Source of the DNA: Balanoglossus misakiensis
Taxonomy: Eukaryota > Animalia > Hemichordata
Direction of reading: 5' to 3'
NCBI GenBank assembly: GCA_040954595.2
Contig: CM082589.2
Span: 4,788,213-4,852,212 of the forward strand
Length of the DNA: 64,000 nt
Both the position numbers and the translations under genes were made by a program. This document shows positions 13,977 to 28,851 of the stretch, one piece after another. The notes under the pieces are model-generated. The model saw nothing but the letters and a program-made list of their open reading frames with translations, did no database searches and was not told where the DNA came from. The number at the start of each line of letters is the position of its first letter. Positions within the stretch are counted from its first letter, which is position 1.

Positions 13977-16900
13977 CTAAGCTTATCTATTGCGGTGTCA
14001 AGTTGTGATCACCCAAAACCGATCTTTTTTCACGACTCTGCTTTAGACTTTGACCGATGGCAGTGTGTCATCGACATGTCGGTAACGATGCACAGATGCT
14101 ATAACAATCGCCAATTTGCATACCTGACAATCTAATTTGACGAATGGGCATTGGCAGAAAGCTAATCGTCTCTGCTCACAATCAGAAAGTGCATCGTGCA
14201 TTTCTTAATTGCTTAGCGCAGTGTATTCGAGGTTTATTTGGTGGTCTGTTTCTGATTTACCTGTAAAGGAGCTGTATCGCTTAGTCAGCGCTTTTTGTTG
14301 TGGATTTGGCGGAGTCATTTTGTGCACTGACTTTAAAAAAGAATCATATATCTCTGAGAGGAAACTGGAGAGTCATACATCGATATTGTTAGTGGCACGA
14401 CATCCTTTTTTTGATAATATTCAAGATTTAATGTTTAGGAATGCAGAGTATGCTATAATTCAGGTTCTTAGCTGTGTCTTATCAGGCGTTTCTCATAAAT
14501 ATTCAAGATTCAATGTAGATGTTTTATAGTGGCAGGCGTAGAATAAGACATGTGTTTACATAGTTCGAACTGCTAGTAACACAGGCGATGCATGTCAAAC
14601 ATGCAGACTATGTGATAAGCAGTGCCGCTCATAATATTCAAACACGGTGCATGATCATCATTGTCCAACATTAAGGTAGCTGCTTGGGGTTTCAAATTCG
14701 TCCTGTCCACTTGACTAAATGCTAAAAGCCTTTAATGGTTTTTGTGCAAGCCAACCACGTTTTAGCCAATTCTTTTTTTCTCTCAGATTGCGCTAATTGT
14801 TTTTGGCGCAATGAGCACAGGCAGTGGGATTGTCTCGATTAACGCCTCCGCGGTCTGAATATCTTGCCGCCAGGGGCTCAGGGGCATAAACTCAAGCGTC
14901 CGTGTTTTATGTGGCCTTGGACCCCAACTATAGAAATACCAGTTGTATACCCAAGTGTCCCCGAGCTCATGCTTCTAATGATGCCATTCGGTTTAAAGTC
15001 ACGTTTTGGTACATTCATTTCTTTTCTCTCGGCATGTTGTGCCACGTGTTTGCATCATTTTGTACTTTTTGTTGAACACAGGTAAAGATTATAATCACAT
15101 ATTAGAGTATCGGACATACGTACCAAAGTTTTGCCAATGTAAATCATTTTGCATGTTGTGTTGATATGATTGACGCCGCCTTTTGGGGATGGCAATACAA
15201 CACTTGTAAAAAATATATGAGGCGATGTTAAATCTTATAACGATGTCGGAAAGTGTATCATGGTCCTCTGGTGTTTGTAAGCGTCACGTGCGGCGTAATT
15301 GACTTGTTTTTGTCAACTTGTGATGAGTAGGCCCCCTAGGCACATAATAGTAGAAACATTGACACAGCAGAACTGTATTGCACACTAAACACGCGTCAAT
15401 GAGCAATTCTATTCTGTATAAGTTTAGTCATGACATGAGTCGGTTTGTATACATGTATACATTTTGTCGCTTTGCTTAACATAGGTTGATCAGGTCAGAC
15501 ATGGAATGTATGTTAGAATCCAAACAGTATACGCGGAGGTGACTGTCACATTTGAACGAGTGACGTCACCTACCGCTTTACGAAAACTGCAAAACGATCA
15601 AAAGTCAAAGCAAATCACTGTGCATGAGCGTTAAAATGCGACACAACTGAACACGTGTCACCCATCACAATTGACCAAAGGAAATTAATCGCCGGATCCC
15701 TTCACAGCTGTTACATTTCAATGTATGGATCAATTCCGTGCAAGTACTTCGAGGTCTTTTGTTGGACTTTGACGGAGGGAAAACTAGTTCATTTATTGGG
15801 TACTGTAACCGTCAGGGTTTACTTCAGAAATAAAAATAGACGTACTTCCTTGTATATTTTGCTCATATCAACTGTGCAGTGAGGTGTGTATAGAGTTTAA
15901 TGTGAATTATTCATAACAAATTTACAGTGCATTCATCTAAACGCGAATATCCGACCTCCTTTCCCTCGCCGCGTTTCATGACTTGACCACTTTTACTGAA
16001 CTTAATATCCTACATAAGGGTTGACATATGTCAGACTCAATTTGAAAATGTCGGTGTTGTGTACAGTCACCGTACTTTCTGAATTAATTTTGGATGTGTG
16101 ACGAAGTCGTGACGTATATAAGGACACGTCGTGATATGTTCGGCTTTGCAAAACAACTACGATGCCATTACATGTATATTGCAAAGGAAATGTATTGTTT
16201 GCCTATAAAGGCCCATCACCTTCCGTTACATTTATATTAACACAATCAAATAGTCAATTTTATGTTTGAATTAATAACTGTCAATTTATAATGGTTTTCC
16301 TTTCTGTTTTGGCCCTCTGGATGAGTCACCAGTAGAAACTCGTGACATTCGTGTTAAAAGCAGGTGAAACCAGGCCTGTTACTTCAAGTTTAAGTTTTTC
16401 TTGGAACGTCTTAATTTCTCTGTTCTTTTTGGCCACTTGAACTACTAATCCGAACTACATGTATACCATACCATACCGTACCCATTGTGTTTTAGTTTGT
16501 GCGCCCGATCCGCACGAAGTTTGATCACTAGTATTTGGTACTCAACATTGGCAAACGATCTCTGAGATTTTCATCCGTGAATGATATATTCTATTCTTTG
16601 CGCAACTATATTGTAGACGTAGTTGTACAGTCAACCCATTCCCGCTTTGATCACATATTGATCTGGTTATTTATGCTCGCTTTCAAAAGTTTCATGAAAA
16701 AATAGCAATAACGTCATTCCACTCGGTTCCATTCAAAGATCGGATTTGTTACAGATGAGCGGCAGATGACTTGAATTAAATTCAAAGATTCAGTGATTCA
16801 AAGTAGTACTTAAAATATCAATAGATGACGCAATGTGAGTTGTAGTCCTCATAGAAATCTCGAATGTATTCTACGCTCACGTTTCTGCAGACATGTATTC

Positions 16901-18334
16901 AACACAAATCAATATCAAATATCAGTGAGGATCTCTTTCATTTATTTTACGTATTTAAATTATTTGCATTATAGAAAATGTGTTAGTTGCAGATTTATAA
17001 TTGAATTCATGTTGTAAACAAACCACCAACTGTGCTAGTGTCACGGTAATATACTTAGAAAACTTTATGATCTATATCAAGGGGTAAACAAAATGGCTGA
17101 AAGTACCTAAAGTATATCACTGTTTTCCGTTTACACTAATGAAAAAGTATTGTGGCTATGGGTTTGCTGTCGTTGTTTCTGCGTTAAACTTTGTGTAGGA
17201 ACATTGATAGTGTGGTATTTATTTATTTATTCAAAGTAGGCATGATGTGGAGTTTATCGTTCAGCCAACTTGGCATTTTGTCCTCGTCTGATTGTGTGAA
17301 CAAGCGCGCCTACTAGAATTACAGGCGCCCGTCCCCACCTCGGACATTTACAGTAAATCACGACAAGCTATTGCGATTAGAATCTCTTCCGAAGACACGC
17401 ATTTAACCCCCTTTCCCCCGAGTTAAATCCAGCTCAGCGGGACTCAGTCGGTTTTACATTAGGAAGCAATGAAGTATCGCTGATGGTGTCGACAGCCAAT
17501 TATCTACTAAATTGTACGACGAAAGTACCATTACCTCCTCTGAGCACAAAGGCATTACAACCTTAACAACCTTGCGAGTCTCAATTCTGTTGCCACGCTC
17601 CTTTTCGCATCAATTTGAGCAAATAAATGGCGGCTTTGCGTATCGTCTGCAATTCCAGTTCGATCTACTTGATATAGGCTATTTGTCTGTCGATTTGGAT
17701 TCAGACAGCGGCGGCGCACAACGACTCTATCTCGTGTGTTTTCGCTATCAAAATGCATAAGGTAGCCGAAAATGGAGCGGCCAGGGCGCTACCGTCAAAG
17801 AGGTGTGTTTGCATGCATCGACAGGATCGCTGTCAGTAATCGCTTTCGACGGCATTCTTCAATTTCAGCAGTATTCCTCCGGGACGTCATTCTTTCCTCG
17901 CCGTGGATTTGATGGGAAATGGGGCAAGTACTTATCGAAGCCCCAGTGCACAGGGGCACGATGTTTACATTAGAGTCTGTGCTGTTCGCCGAATGCCCTC
18001 ATGAATGAAACCGCATAGTTTGATGGACGGAAATGCCAATCTTGGTGGGGTTTGTTTTTTTGAAAAGAAGTTCTAGAAAAGCGCTCGGGAGTACTTCGCC
18101 ATAATTAAAATCGATTCGATTTTCTGAAAAACATAAACACGAATGAGTGCATGTTGTGATTGGTGTACTGCTACGTCGGAGATAGAAGATGGCTGCTCCA
18201 TATAACAGCTGATAAATGAGTACTATGAAACATGATATTTTCGAGAAAAATACATTTTCTTGAACTTCGCGAGAGCCCAAAATAACGCAAAAATAAAGGG
18301 TCGCGAAAGAACAATGATCGCGGCATGCAAACTC

Positions 18335-18485
18335 GTGAGGTAATTTGGCTTTATCGTTTAAAAGTTTGCACGGACCCTTAATTTTATACACAGTTTGAAG
18401 AGAAAATAATCTAAAGTTCCATTGAGCTAGATAAATTATGATAAAGGGTTTAAGATTTTGATTTTCGAGGCGCGTACTATCTTAA
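18335..18485 (-). mobile_element. Terminal fragment of a TTAA-flanked non-autonomous DNA transposon (family D)
   Basis: Reverse complement starts TTAA-gatagtacgcgcctcgaaa, similar to the terminus at 30210. It resembles, from memory and unchecked, an abundant hemichordate MITE beginning TTAAGGTAGTATGCGCCTCGAAA. Confidence 0.5.
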
Positions 18486-21400
18486 CGACGACAGTTTTAT
18501 ACAGGGTGGACACACTTAGAAGAAAAGGGCAGCCCAAAGGTTAACAGTGTGAGCTTTAAACATCAATATGCCCGAGAGAATGCTTGCCGCGATCACGCCG
18601 CACAAAACTATGCGAAGTATTTTATGTGTAAGTGTAGCCCAGAGACCACGATTTAATGCATTGAGATATTAGATTTGATCGTTACAGCCACAATTAGGCA
18701 AGTAATTTACAACCTCGTGCACCCGCGAATTAGCCACGCTAATGGCCACAACACCAAATAAAACGTTGAACTTAACGACTCTTTTTATCAGTGAGGTGTC
18801 AAAAACGGCACACATTGTTACGCTTAAGTGAAAGAGCAATCACGAGTATTACGGCTGAACGACGCGACAGCGCATTAAATGCTGGCATCGATAACGTCAA
18901 GTTTGAGTAAGGGGCAGTTATGAGTGGTAATGTTGATTTGATCATGTGTGTCACTGCAGGTAACCCGGCATTGCAGTGAATTGAGTTCATTGAAAATCAC
19001 TCTGAACAGGAATGTTCACTGCTCGATAGCAGCCATTTTCGATGGCTTACTTTTGAGCGCCGATCAGTAACAATGGAGTTGTGATATGGCGGCCATTTTA
19101 ATACCCATGGTTGTAATTGACGCCTTTTGACGTGTTTATGACACAGTCAATATCGCTCGTGGAAAGTACATGTATTTCTGGCATGTAAGGCTTTATGTCG
19201 TGTTTTGTGAACACTTCTACGAGGTTAGGCAGCGAATCTTAGAGAAATATATCCACCCGGCATGCACACTTTTTCGTGGTCCGACGTGATGATCAACTTA
19301 AGCTTGCTAGAAACAAAATACATGTAGGTCCACACGACTTAGTGTGCCAATGTACATTTAAATTATTCAAATGACACACTTTTCGAAGTTTGGTTAAAAT
19401 GCTTTATTGATATTAAGATATGAAACTTTTCAGAACAAACTAGGGCAGTGTGATACAAACGGCACGGTCCTTATGTTACATAGGCTTCTCGAATTTATGA
19501 CTTCCAGGCTATTCGCATTGTATTGCACATAAATAGAATTACGACCAATATCTTATTGAAAACTGGAGTATTGCGGAAATAAGACATAGGGACAATTAGA
19601 CATCAAGTTATCATTTAATGCGGATGTCCTATTAACGTATTATTTTGATCCGTCAGAGTGTAACATGGTATAGATATCAATGTTCCTGCGCAAGTAATAT
19701 GCAATTGTGTTACTATGTGTATATGTAACGCAAGTCAGGTTGGGGCATAAGAAGACGCGTTGAAGGACACTATTCTGGTGCTAGGTTTCATAATCCGAAA
19801 TTGAATTTACTCAGATGCCATCTACATGTACAATTATCACAATCATATGGGACGCTTGTGTTGTTTGCCTTTCATTCAGATTTGAGCGCATGTTCCACGT
19901 TAGCTTCCTCAATAGTTTAATACCTTGATATTCACACAAAATCGCTTGGTTTTCGTTGTGATGTTGACATCCGGTTTATAATTGTTGTTCAGTGCACGTG
20001 GGCTGCGTGCGGAGCGGTTTGCCGTACACAACTGTCCAGTGAAACATGGCTAAACCCGGAACTTCTTTCGCCCGCAAACTTTTGACACGGCCGGCCGCGC
20101 ACTATCCAATCAAATATGGCGGTTTAACTCTATGCTGTAATGTATTCCTGCGCACCATGGCGTTCACCGTCTATCCCAGATTTCGGTTCAGTTTCAAGGT
20201 TTTCATTATGAAACTTGTATGAAATTGCATTAACTGCCGCAGTTACGTTACACATCATTGACCATGCAATGTTTTTAGTTGCAAGCGTCATGTAATAAAA
20301 GTGTTATAGCCCGAATATGGAACTATATATTAGCTGTCGGCGCGGAAGGACACTCCTTTCCTGCCCCGGGCAAGTGGTTATTTGGTCTCTTACTTGCATA
20401 TCCACATTCAGGGTGGCTATGGTTATCCAATACCTTGGGATTATTTCACACCTTTGTGAACACGTACCCTTTGAAAAAAGCACGGCGGCTGATTCTAAAG
20501 CGATTCACATAAACTCGAAGTGAGAGAAATGGAGAGATTGAAATATACATGTCCTCCAGCACTTCCAGTTACGACTCAATACCATGACACTTCCGTGCAG
20601 TACTGACGTCATAGGACCCTTCACGGTAGTAAATTGTATTTTTATCGAGACAGCAGCCGGATTCATTGGCCTGTGTCATAATCGTTAAGTTCGAACAATC
20701 TGAGTCTTATGTTTGTTCTCAAACTTTTACAAAAATGGTTACAACTCGAGAAAACTATTTTGAAACCTTTGTTTAAAACTTGAAAACTAATTAAAATGTC
20801 CATATTGATAGAACCGTTTTAATATATCCCAATATGTTTAAAAAACAGGCACGCCACTCTCCCCCACATGTACGTAAATCATGTTTTTAAATTAAATAAT
20901 AAAATAAAAACAACAGGCAGATGTCCACATGAGAAGAGTTGAGTATAAAACGCGATAAGTTCAAGCATCCTTTATGGCTGCTTTTTGTATGTAACCTATA
21001 TACAGAGAAATGGTTGAAATAGATAAAAGGAGACTGCTGTAACTGACTATGTATAGCCGCACGTCGCACGAACATTTCTTCTGGGCACACCTCGCCGTGT
21101 GAAAGGAAAATAAAACTCATCATGATGATTCTCACCAAGTGGAACACGGATTCTTCTGGGCATTATAGAAAGTGCAAATAATTGACCCACTTGAAGTTTT
21201 CGGACCCTTGAATCAAAATCTCTGCATTGTGTTATTTTTATTGGTTTGCTTGAATGTAGAATAAGAAAACAGCAAATCGTGCTTTAGCATAATATAAGCA
21301 ATTTAATTTAAGATTATGTTCACGTGCACAGTGCAGTGATATTAGTAAACCACGAAAATATAAATTGATATAGATGGCTTTACCAGATATTCAACACGCG

Positions 21401-21727
21401 ACTCATTAATTTAGTCTTGAAAAGTTGATTTAATTTGTACTGATGCAAATTAAATAATGTCATCGAAGACTAACCTGTTTTTCAAATTGTACAACATATT
21501 ACATTATTGAATTTCAAAGGTCGGAGAGATCACGTTCCCCAGATTACACCGATGAAAGGTTCATATGACGCTAGACCCCCGTGTACATTACAGTGCAATG
21601 CCATGGCGTATGTAATTACAAGAGATCCCCATCGCGACTTATTAAAGCTTGCTGTTCTGGCGACATTTGCACTAGTGCTCGCCGTGTATTTTGTTCGTTG
21701 ACTTCTGTTTTTCGTTTCCTTTAGGTG

Positions 21728-21779
21728 ATTTTATTGTTGAAATTTGGTGAAGTATTTTATTGTTGAAAGTTGGTAATGT
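21728..21779. repeat. 26-bp tandem duplication
   Basis: attttattgttgaaatttggtgaagt / attttattgttgaaagttggtaatgt (3 mismatches). Confidence 0.8.
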
Positions 21780-23229
21780 ATTATTAGTATTATCGTCGTT
21801 GTTTGGGTTGTTGTTGTTATTTATTTATTTGTTTGTAGTTTGTATATAAAGTTCTTCACTCGTTGCATATGTGTAAACTTGGCCGTTGAATTCACTACAA
21901 ATATCGTAGTAAACACTAGGAAGGCGACGTGCTTGCTTTCTTTCGCCTTGAGGTCGAGTCGAGCAGTTGTATTTAAAATCTAGGATAACAACCGAGCTTT
22001 TTTGAGTAGAAAATTTCGAATCAGAAACTCAGTTGGAATTCAAAATGTTGTATAGGGAGGCTGTGAACGTCCTGGGGCCTAGTTTACTCTCAGACGCTCT
22101 CACTTCAGCGTCAATATTAAGGTTGGAGAATTGTAAACTTAAGTCATTGTGATTCCTACTCTACAAATCTGTCTTGGGGTGTTTTCGAACTTTGTAGAGT
22201 ACAGAACACCCCAGCCGATTTGTTGAAGGATGAAAACAGCTATCCTTCACTGAATAACGACGGGTTTTCGAGATTCAAAGGGGAAATTGCTAACCTGTGT
22301 GCCGCCGGTGTTAAATGTGATGTTTGCCACCACATGAGTTGAGCGAAAACAATCTCTGTTAACGGCAAATGGATGTTTATTAGAAGCAAACTTCAGAAAT
22401 TATACAGGTCAAACGCATTATTCTGAGAAAAATATATTTTTCATTTTCACAAAATGTTGTTTATGTGATTAAGTGTACACGCAGTCACAAATAGCATGTA
22501 ATGATGTGTGGATACACGTATCTCAATGCCGTGATTTGAAGAAAAAAACATGTCGTGAGGTAAATATACGCCCCCAAAATTACTTTCTTATACCAGACTT
22601 CCGCCCTTACGTGTGTTTTGTTAAGAAGTAATTTGCACCATGGTAACTACTTAACCGCACTGTATGTGGCCAGAAAGGTATGACTACAATCGTGCGTGTG
22701 GTTTATTCTACGGACGTTGGTCGGTTATTTTTCTCGGTGATTATTTCTGTTACCAGCATGTATTTTCATCGGCTACTTCCGAAGTATTTCTGGAAGCGTG
22801 CAGTGCATTAAAATACAGGGATATTTTATATGGGAATGATGAGCTATATATACCACTCGCATTCTAATTTTCACGTTTTCGTCATTAATCATTGTGAATC
22901 CATATTGATATCACCCTAATGATGTTTTAGAATCATTCTTCAAACAAGCGAGCAGACGTCACATAATGTTATTAATAGCCCACTGTCTTATCTGTAGGTG
23001 ACGATCTGCCGGTAATTTCCGCCCACAAATTAATAAGGAGAGGGTAATTTTCAGCAGTAGCTCTCAGTGACGTTGAACACGCTTCCCCGAAGGTCTTCAG
23101 TCACTTAATGCTTTTATGAATACAGCATAGAATTTCATAAAATTGTAAATTCAACAAGAACACTTCTTGAGGCTTTTCTTCTTCTCCTAATTTGTTTATG
23201 CAATAACGACTACTTGGTTCAATAACTTT

Positions 23230-24020
23230 AATCTGGAACAAATGTTCTTTTGGCCAAACGTGACTTAATTTAGACCATACTGAAACAACAGCAATCGATG
23301 AAGTGTCGGGGGGGGGACTGATATGGATCTATGTTGACGTTGCCTTTTAGCGTAATCAGCAGTCCGTGAAATGAGCAATACACCATCTGTCTGGCCAGTT
23401 AATCAAAACACCCGATTTCTTGAGAACACGTCCTTTATCTTTAAATCCTCCAGTATTAATAGCATGTCAAGACTACTTTGTCAAGCCCACCACGAATGCC
23501 CCGGTCTGTAGCGTCAATGAATGAAAGCTAAAATCCTCTGACGAATTTCCATCGTGGAGTTCGTGATCAGTGGCTTCGCCAAATCTCCATATCCTGGTTT
23601 CATTACCGCGATTAGAAACATAACTCTCCTCGCCAGAACTAGCTACTTCGGCGTGATTTGTTGTCAGGCGTCAGAATGCTGTTTTAAAAACGAATTGTCC
23701 TTGGGTTTTGGCTGGGGCGTCTTTTGGTTGTTGACGTTGAAAGTTACGGCGTTGCCGAGAGACAAACGTTTCTGGGAACCGAGATTGTTGCAAAGGTGTT
23801 GATCTTCGCGTTAATGGGTATTGATGGAATTGTAAAAATGCGTTTGTTGCTCACACATTAATGTGGCGATTGAGTTTGAGATCCGACAGAAGTCTATTAG
23901 CAGCGCAATTATAGCTTCAGGTGGTAGGTCATCCAGGGACGTTGCATTTTTATCACTGTGTATCGATTTGAATGCAGAAGTACACACGATTTCTAATTCT
24001 CTTTCAACACTGCTCACCAT
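23230..24020 (-). pseudogene. Decayed coding-like tract, possibly LINE ORF1
   Basis: A 69-aa ORF (23811-24020) continues 48 codons past its stop in the same frame, then has further open stretches in shifted frames with GGLDK and WPK(E/N)..ICSR, reminiscent of the C-terminal WP.GI..R motif of CR1/L2 ORF1. Confidence 0.25.
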
Positions 24021-24457
24021 TATGACAGCAGTTTAGCCGAGGTTGCACCCACGGCAGAGATATAAGGGTTTAAAAGTTGAAGCCGTTTCATATACCAAGG
24101 GAATGTTGATACAGTTCACTGCCACACAATCTGGGTCACACCTTACCGTTCGAGAACTCGCATTTCAATTGAAACGCTTTAAATGTATAGGCACAATCGC
24201 CCCCCCCCCCCCATGTCTGAAGCTATCATCTGCATGTACACGTATTGTGTGTCACCTCTGAAGATCACGATTTTGAAGTGGGAGTTAGCAGAAATATAGG
24301 AAATATATTTACGGTGATCAGACCTCGTTATTTGTCCACCCGGATATACATGTAAGCCTACCTAGGTAAATTTGTATAGACGATATTTTACTTCTCGAAA
24401 CATAAATACCTCAGTCTCATGTGGGATGGGAACTGTATCAACCATGGCCCTAAAATA

Positions 24458-24544
24458 TTTCCGCCCATCGCGAGATCTCGGGTTGCTAGCCAAGTAATAC
24501 AACTCAAGCTTTGCATGAAATTAGATTATGTGCAGAGTGTAGCA
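24458..24544 (-). repeat. Repeat family B, copy 2 (inverted, ~28-nt internal deletion)
   Basis: Reverse complement reads tgctacactctgcacataatctaatttcatgcaaagcttgagttgtattacttggctagcaacc/cgagatctcgcgatgggcggaaa, collinear with copy 1 apart from the deletion. Confidence 0.75.
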
Positions 24545-27500
24545 GAAATCGTAACCGTCATTTTATTTAATGGTATCCGAAGAAGCATATTCAGGACACA
24601 GATGCAGTGCGTGCGTGCGAAGAAAACGTAACGTTTCCATCGGTAACACCCAAGAACATTGAAAGTGCGCAGTTGGCAGACTTCCTCTCCGAGTCAATCC
24701 GCAATGTTCAAATGATTAGTTTTCACACTCTCCCGTCTGTGGTAGTAAAGTGATGCCACCATGGCAGAGAAAAAAGAACTGTTTCCATGACTACTGCGAG
24801 AGAGACCGCAGTCAGCGTGAGAGCACAGGATAGTTGTTTCCACTACTGATACTTATAGTCATTTGTGAATTGAAGGCCGTTTAAACCTATCTAGACTATC
24901 CAGCTGCGGTAGGGCTACATGTAGGTGTCGGCTGCGCTGTCAATCCTTCACTTAAAAGTCAGTTGAACCTATCCTCCATACGCCTTGCCTTGGCCCCCTT
25001 TTTTCAAAGAATAAAACTCGGTTATCATAGTTTACACGGCCGATGAGCACCTTTTATCGAACGCAACTGAAAGTTGCATAAGCTTAACCACAGCCATAAA
25101 GTTATTACATGTAGAATCCACTATAGTTCGTCCCCTGGAGTGTAATCATGGAACTCTCACCACGCCGAACATCCCTTCGTTCTTTTGATGTGAAACCTGA
25201 AAAGCCGGTCCGACTTCATAATTGGAAGATTCTCAGCAATGAATAGACACTACCACATTATTGAGTATATCAACATCTGTCAATGCGTCTTTTGTACCAT
25301 TAAAGTTTACACCTCGGCATATTTAATAACGACGCCATAACAAATCAAGGCGAAGCATTTCATAAAACATTATGGTTAGAGTGACTATAGTTATTCAGTG
25401 ATTGGGCTCAGTGAGTGTGAGTGTATAGAAAATTCGATGAGGGGTATTTACTCTGTGTCCTGTTTCCATGGCACTTAGCACGCACAAACTCGGTGGTATG
25501 TCTCGTCGATATTGGAGGAGATACGATCGAGCTGGATGTTGAATGTGTCGTGTCGTTTGTGAATTCGGTCGTTTGAATTAATTCGATAGGTTTAATTCTT
25601 TATGAACCCAAACCAAACCATACTAGCCATGTCATTCACCTTAAGACGCACTAATTTCTGTATTAATGTATTCCGTAGCTTTTTTTCGAATTGAGCGCCC
25701 GCCCCCGTGTCTATTGCCTTTTCCTATAAATACAACAATATTGCCCAAAGACAACTATTTTTCGTGCTATGTCGGGTATGGCAAATCATTTTGGAACCCT
25801 GATGCAACACGCATATCCAAATTAAACGACGGAGGTTTAATTGAAGACCCTTTCAAATCATATGTCTACGTTCCAGCTTTACAAATATTAATTTCGACTT
25901 ATGAACCCCACGATTTTATTATCTCCCGTTATTTTTATTACGTGTGTTTGATTTGTTCTGATGGCTTTTATTGGACACTTCAACTACTGTTAATCAAGTT
26001 GTGATCCAGGGGTCGCTTTTTGATATGAAGCGATAGCAATCTAACCCACATATCTGGGGATATTGGCTGGGTTTGTGGTTATGTATAGGTTCCGCGCAAA
26101 AGTCAAATCCATGAAAGTCAGATATATCCACTTCTTACTCTTGGTGATAACAGTGGGCTACATGTATCTGCGCCACATGTGGTATCCCCTGTACATCAAC
26201 AGGATAGAACATGGGTCTCCAGGTACATATTAAAAAGTCTAATCCAAGGTAGATCATTATCACGTTTTAAGAAAAAACACGTCGAACGGAGTCGCCAAAA
26301 ATGACGTCACAAGCATCTCCCCCACGGAGCTCTGACAGTTCATACTTTTCAAAGTGAAAGTTCGTTGTGATTAACACCCCCTTCCCAGTTGTGAGAGAAA
26401 GTAGGTAGGATTAATGTTTACGCGAAATAAATGAGCGTGAATCAATTTATGCTTCGAACAGTATCAGAGCTCTGTTTTCAGTGTAACAACCCAAACTTGA
26501 ACATGCCACTCAAAGTAGCTGCTTGCTTTTGAAAAGTTACGCGTTTCTAGTAGAAACAAACTCCATGAACTCTAATACGTTGCCCCGTCTCTGTACTTTT
26601 CAGTGTTATTGCCGCTGTATGGTCGTGTTTGCTCCCCATATAATGTGTCCGTTCGCGTGGTTTTACTTTGTATGCCGAGCGCTCTCCCAGAATGCCAATG
26701 GGACAGGTTAGCGCAGTGTGTACGCTGCTTCAATTTACTAAAACTTTATATGCATCGGTTTGACGTCAGAGCTAGCGCTACGTCGGCGAAAATGTAACGT
26801 AATTTCAATAAAGTATCGGCAGTCAATAACATTGTAATAAATAAGTGAGCATCTGCGTAGCAGACATATATTAAGGTTTTTATTGGTATTTTACTGCGCA
26901 GACATAAAAGCGTGGAACAGAATACACCTCGCTATATTATACGTATTAGCAAACATAATTTACATGTAGGAGCTATCTGAGTCTTTGAGTGCGATGGTTT
27001 AAAATTAAAGCGCGTGTGACGACGATGTTGTATGCTGTGTGCTCCGAGGGCTCACTACGAAAGAATACTAAACGGTATTAGAGATCGCACCACCTAGCGT
27101 TCATTTACGGAAATGATGAGAGTGTTACAGCTTACAAACGACAGTGGTTTGTATTGGCTATGAATTTGTACAAATGGCGGGGTGATTTTGATCCATGTTG
27201 CTTCTATACTCAGTTTTTATGCAGCTTAGAAAATAATAAAGGAATAGGATTCATGATTCTCGAAGAATCTATTGGATATGCGTGCATGTTTGGTTAAGCT
27301 TTGGTAAACCTTGCATGTAAACAACTGTAATGTTATCAAAAGGAGGAGGGACCATAAAATGTGATTGTATCTTGGAGCGAATGTGAATTGTCCCGTAAAA
27401 GTTTATGCTAAGAGGTCGTGTTTTCGTTCTAATCAAATATAGTTAAGTGATTTATCTGTTATTTGCCAATTTTCAGAGGATTTCTGCGCCTAAAATTACC

Positions 27501-28851
27501 AAGTTTTTATTTTAAACAGTTGAATGCGATCCAATATAGAACTTAATGGCTTCACGTATAACTATATAAATGGCACGAAATGCGAACAAAATTCGTTAAA
27601 ACTCAAATATTGACTGCAAATGTAGAGCCAGCAGAGGGCGTTATTTGACACGAAAATAAGCTAGGCTGTAAACATATTTTCATTGCTAGAGTCACAATAC
27701 AGTCCGGTGATAGGATATGAAGGGACCAGAAGGAACGTGTCTTTTGGAGTTCAAATACCTAGGAATTCAACTATCTGTCAATAGTGTGTTTGTTTTTTCG
27801 TGGGTAAAATACATGACACCATTAATGAACACGACATAGATTCGTTTACAAGATAGTCACAGCCGGCTAAAGTCACTGCCACCACCAACACGTTTCCTCA
27901 CACGCAACAGCTTAGGGGAGTTTTGTTACACTTCGACGGTTTCAAATTGACTCGGATATTGCACATACGACACAGGAACACACTGAGCCTGAGAAGTTGA
28001 TACAGTGAAGATTTTAACCCACAATGCCTGAAGAAAATAACATTGCCAGCTTTTAAGACAGACTAAATCGCTAAGATGTACAGTGCTGCTCGGTGCACAT
28101 GAATAATTCACGTGTATTTCACGTGCTGTTACAAGATTCGGTTCCAGAACTCGGGAATAACGTTGAAGACAAACGACTTTACTTTATATGTACACTGTAG
28201 AGGAAATAATAGTATGCCATGCACGGGTTTGAATATATTTTGCATTCACTAAAGTATTAGTAACGACCGTAGATAACTCACCCGGAAATCGGACGTAATA
28301 TTGGTCGCTTTTATGGGCCTGTATAGATGAGTTGTGATCTTCGAAACTGAGTAAAGTTCAATTTACCTGCAAATCACTGTTAAAGATTTCAAAATTATTC
28401 ACTACATAATATTCACACGTTACTTAATAACAGGCAGCCCTGCTGTGAAAGGTCGGCGAAAGGTTACGTCTCCAAGTCAAAACCCTTTAGCTTATTTACT
28501 GAATATGCACATGAGAAGTAAATTGCAATGTAGATCTTGCGTTAACCGATTCGAGGTGTTCATTTCCTACCCTGCCAAGTGAGAATAAATGATAGCATTG
28601 CTACGTGGATGACATGTTAAAAGCATTGCTGGCGACAGTTTGAAAACTGTACAGCGTTCCACCAGCATCCTATATCACTTTAAGTATTCGCAATGAAAAC
28701 CTGTGCGATGACCCTTATCTACTGTGATATTCCAATCTGCACGAGACCCTTGCCTTTACCTGAACCCAGAGCCCGGTGTAATAACCCTTTAGTCTTCCTT
28801 TAAATTCAGAAAAATGACGCGTACTCAGATTAGGTGCAACTGTCGCCGTGC

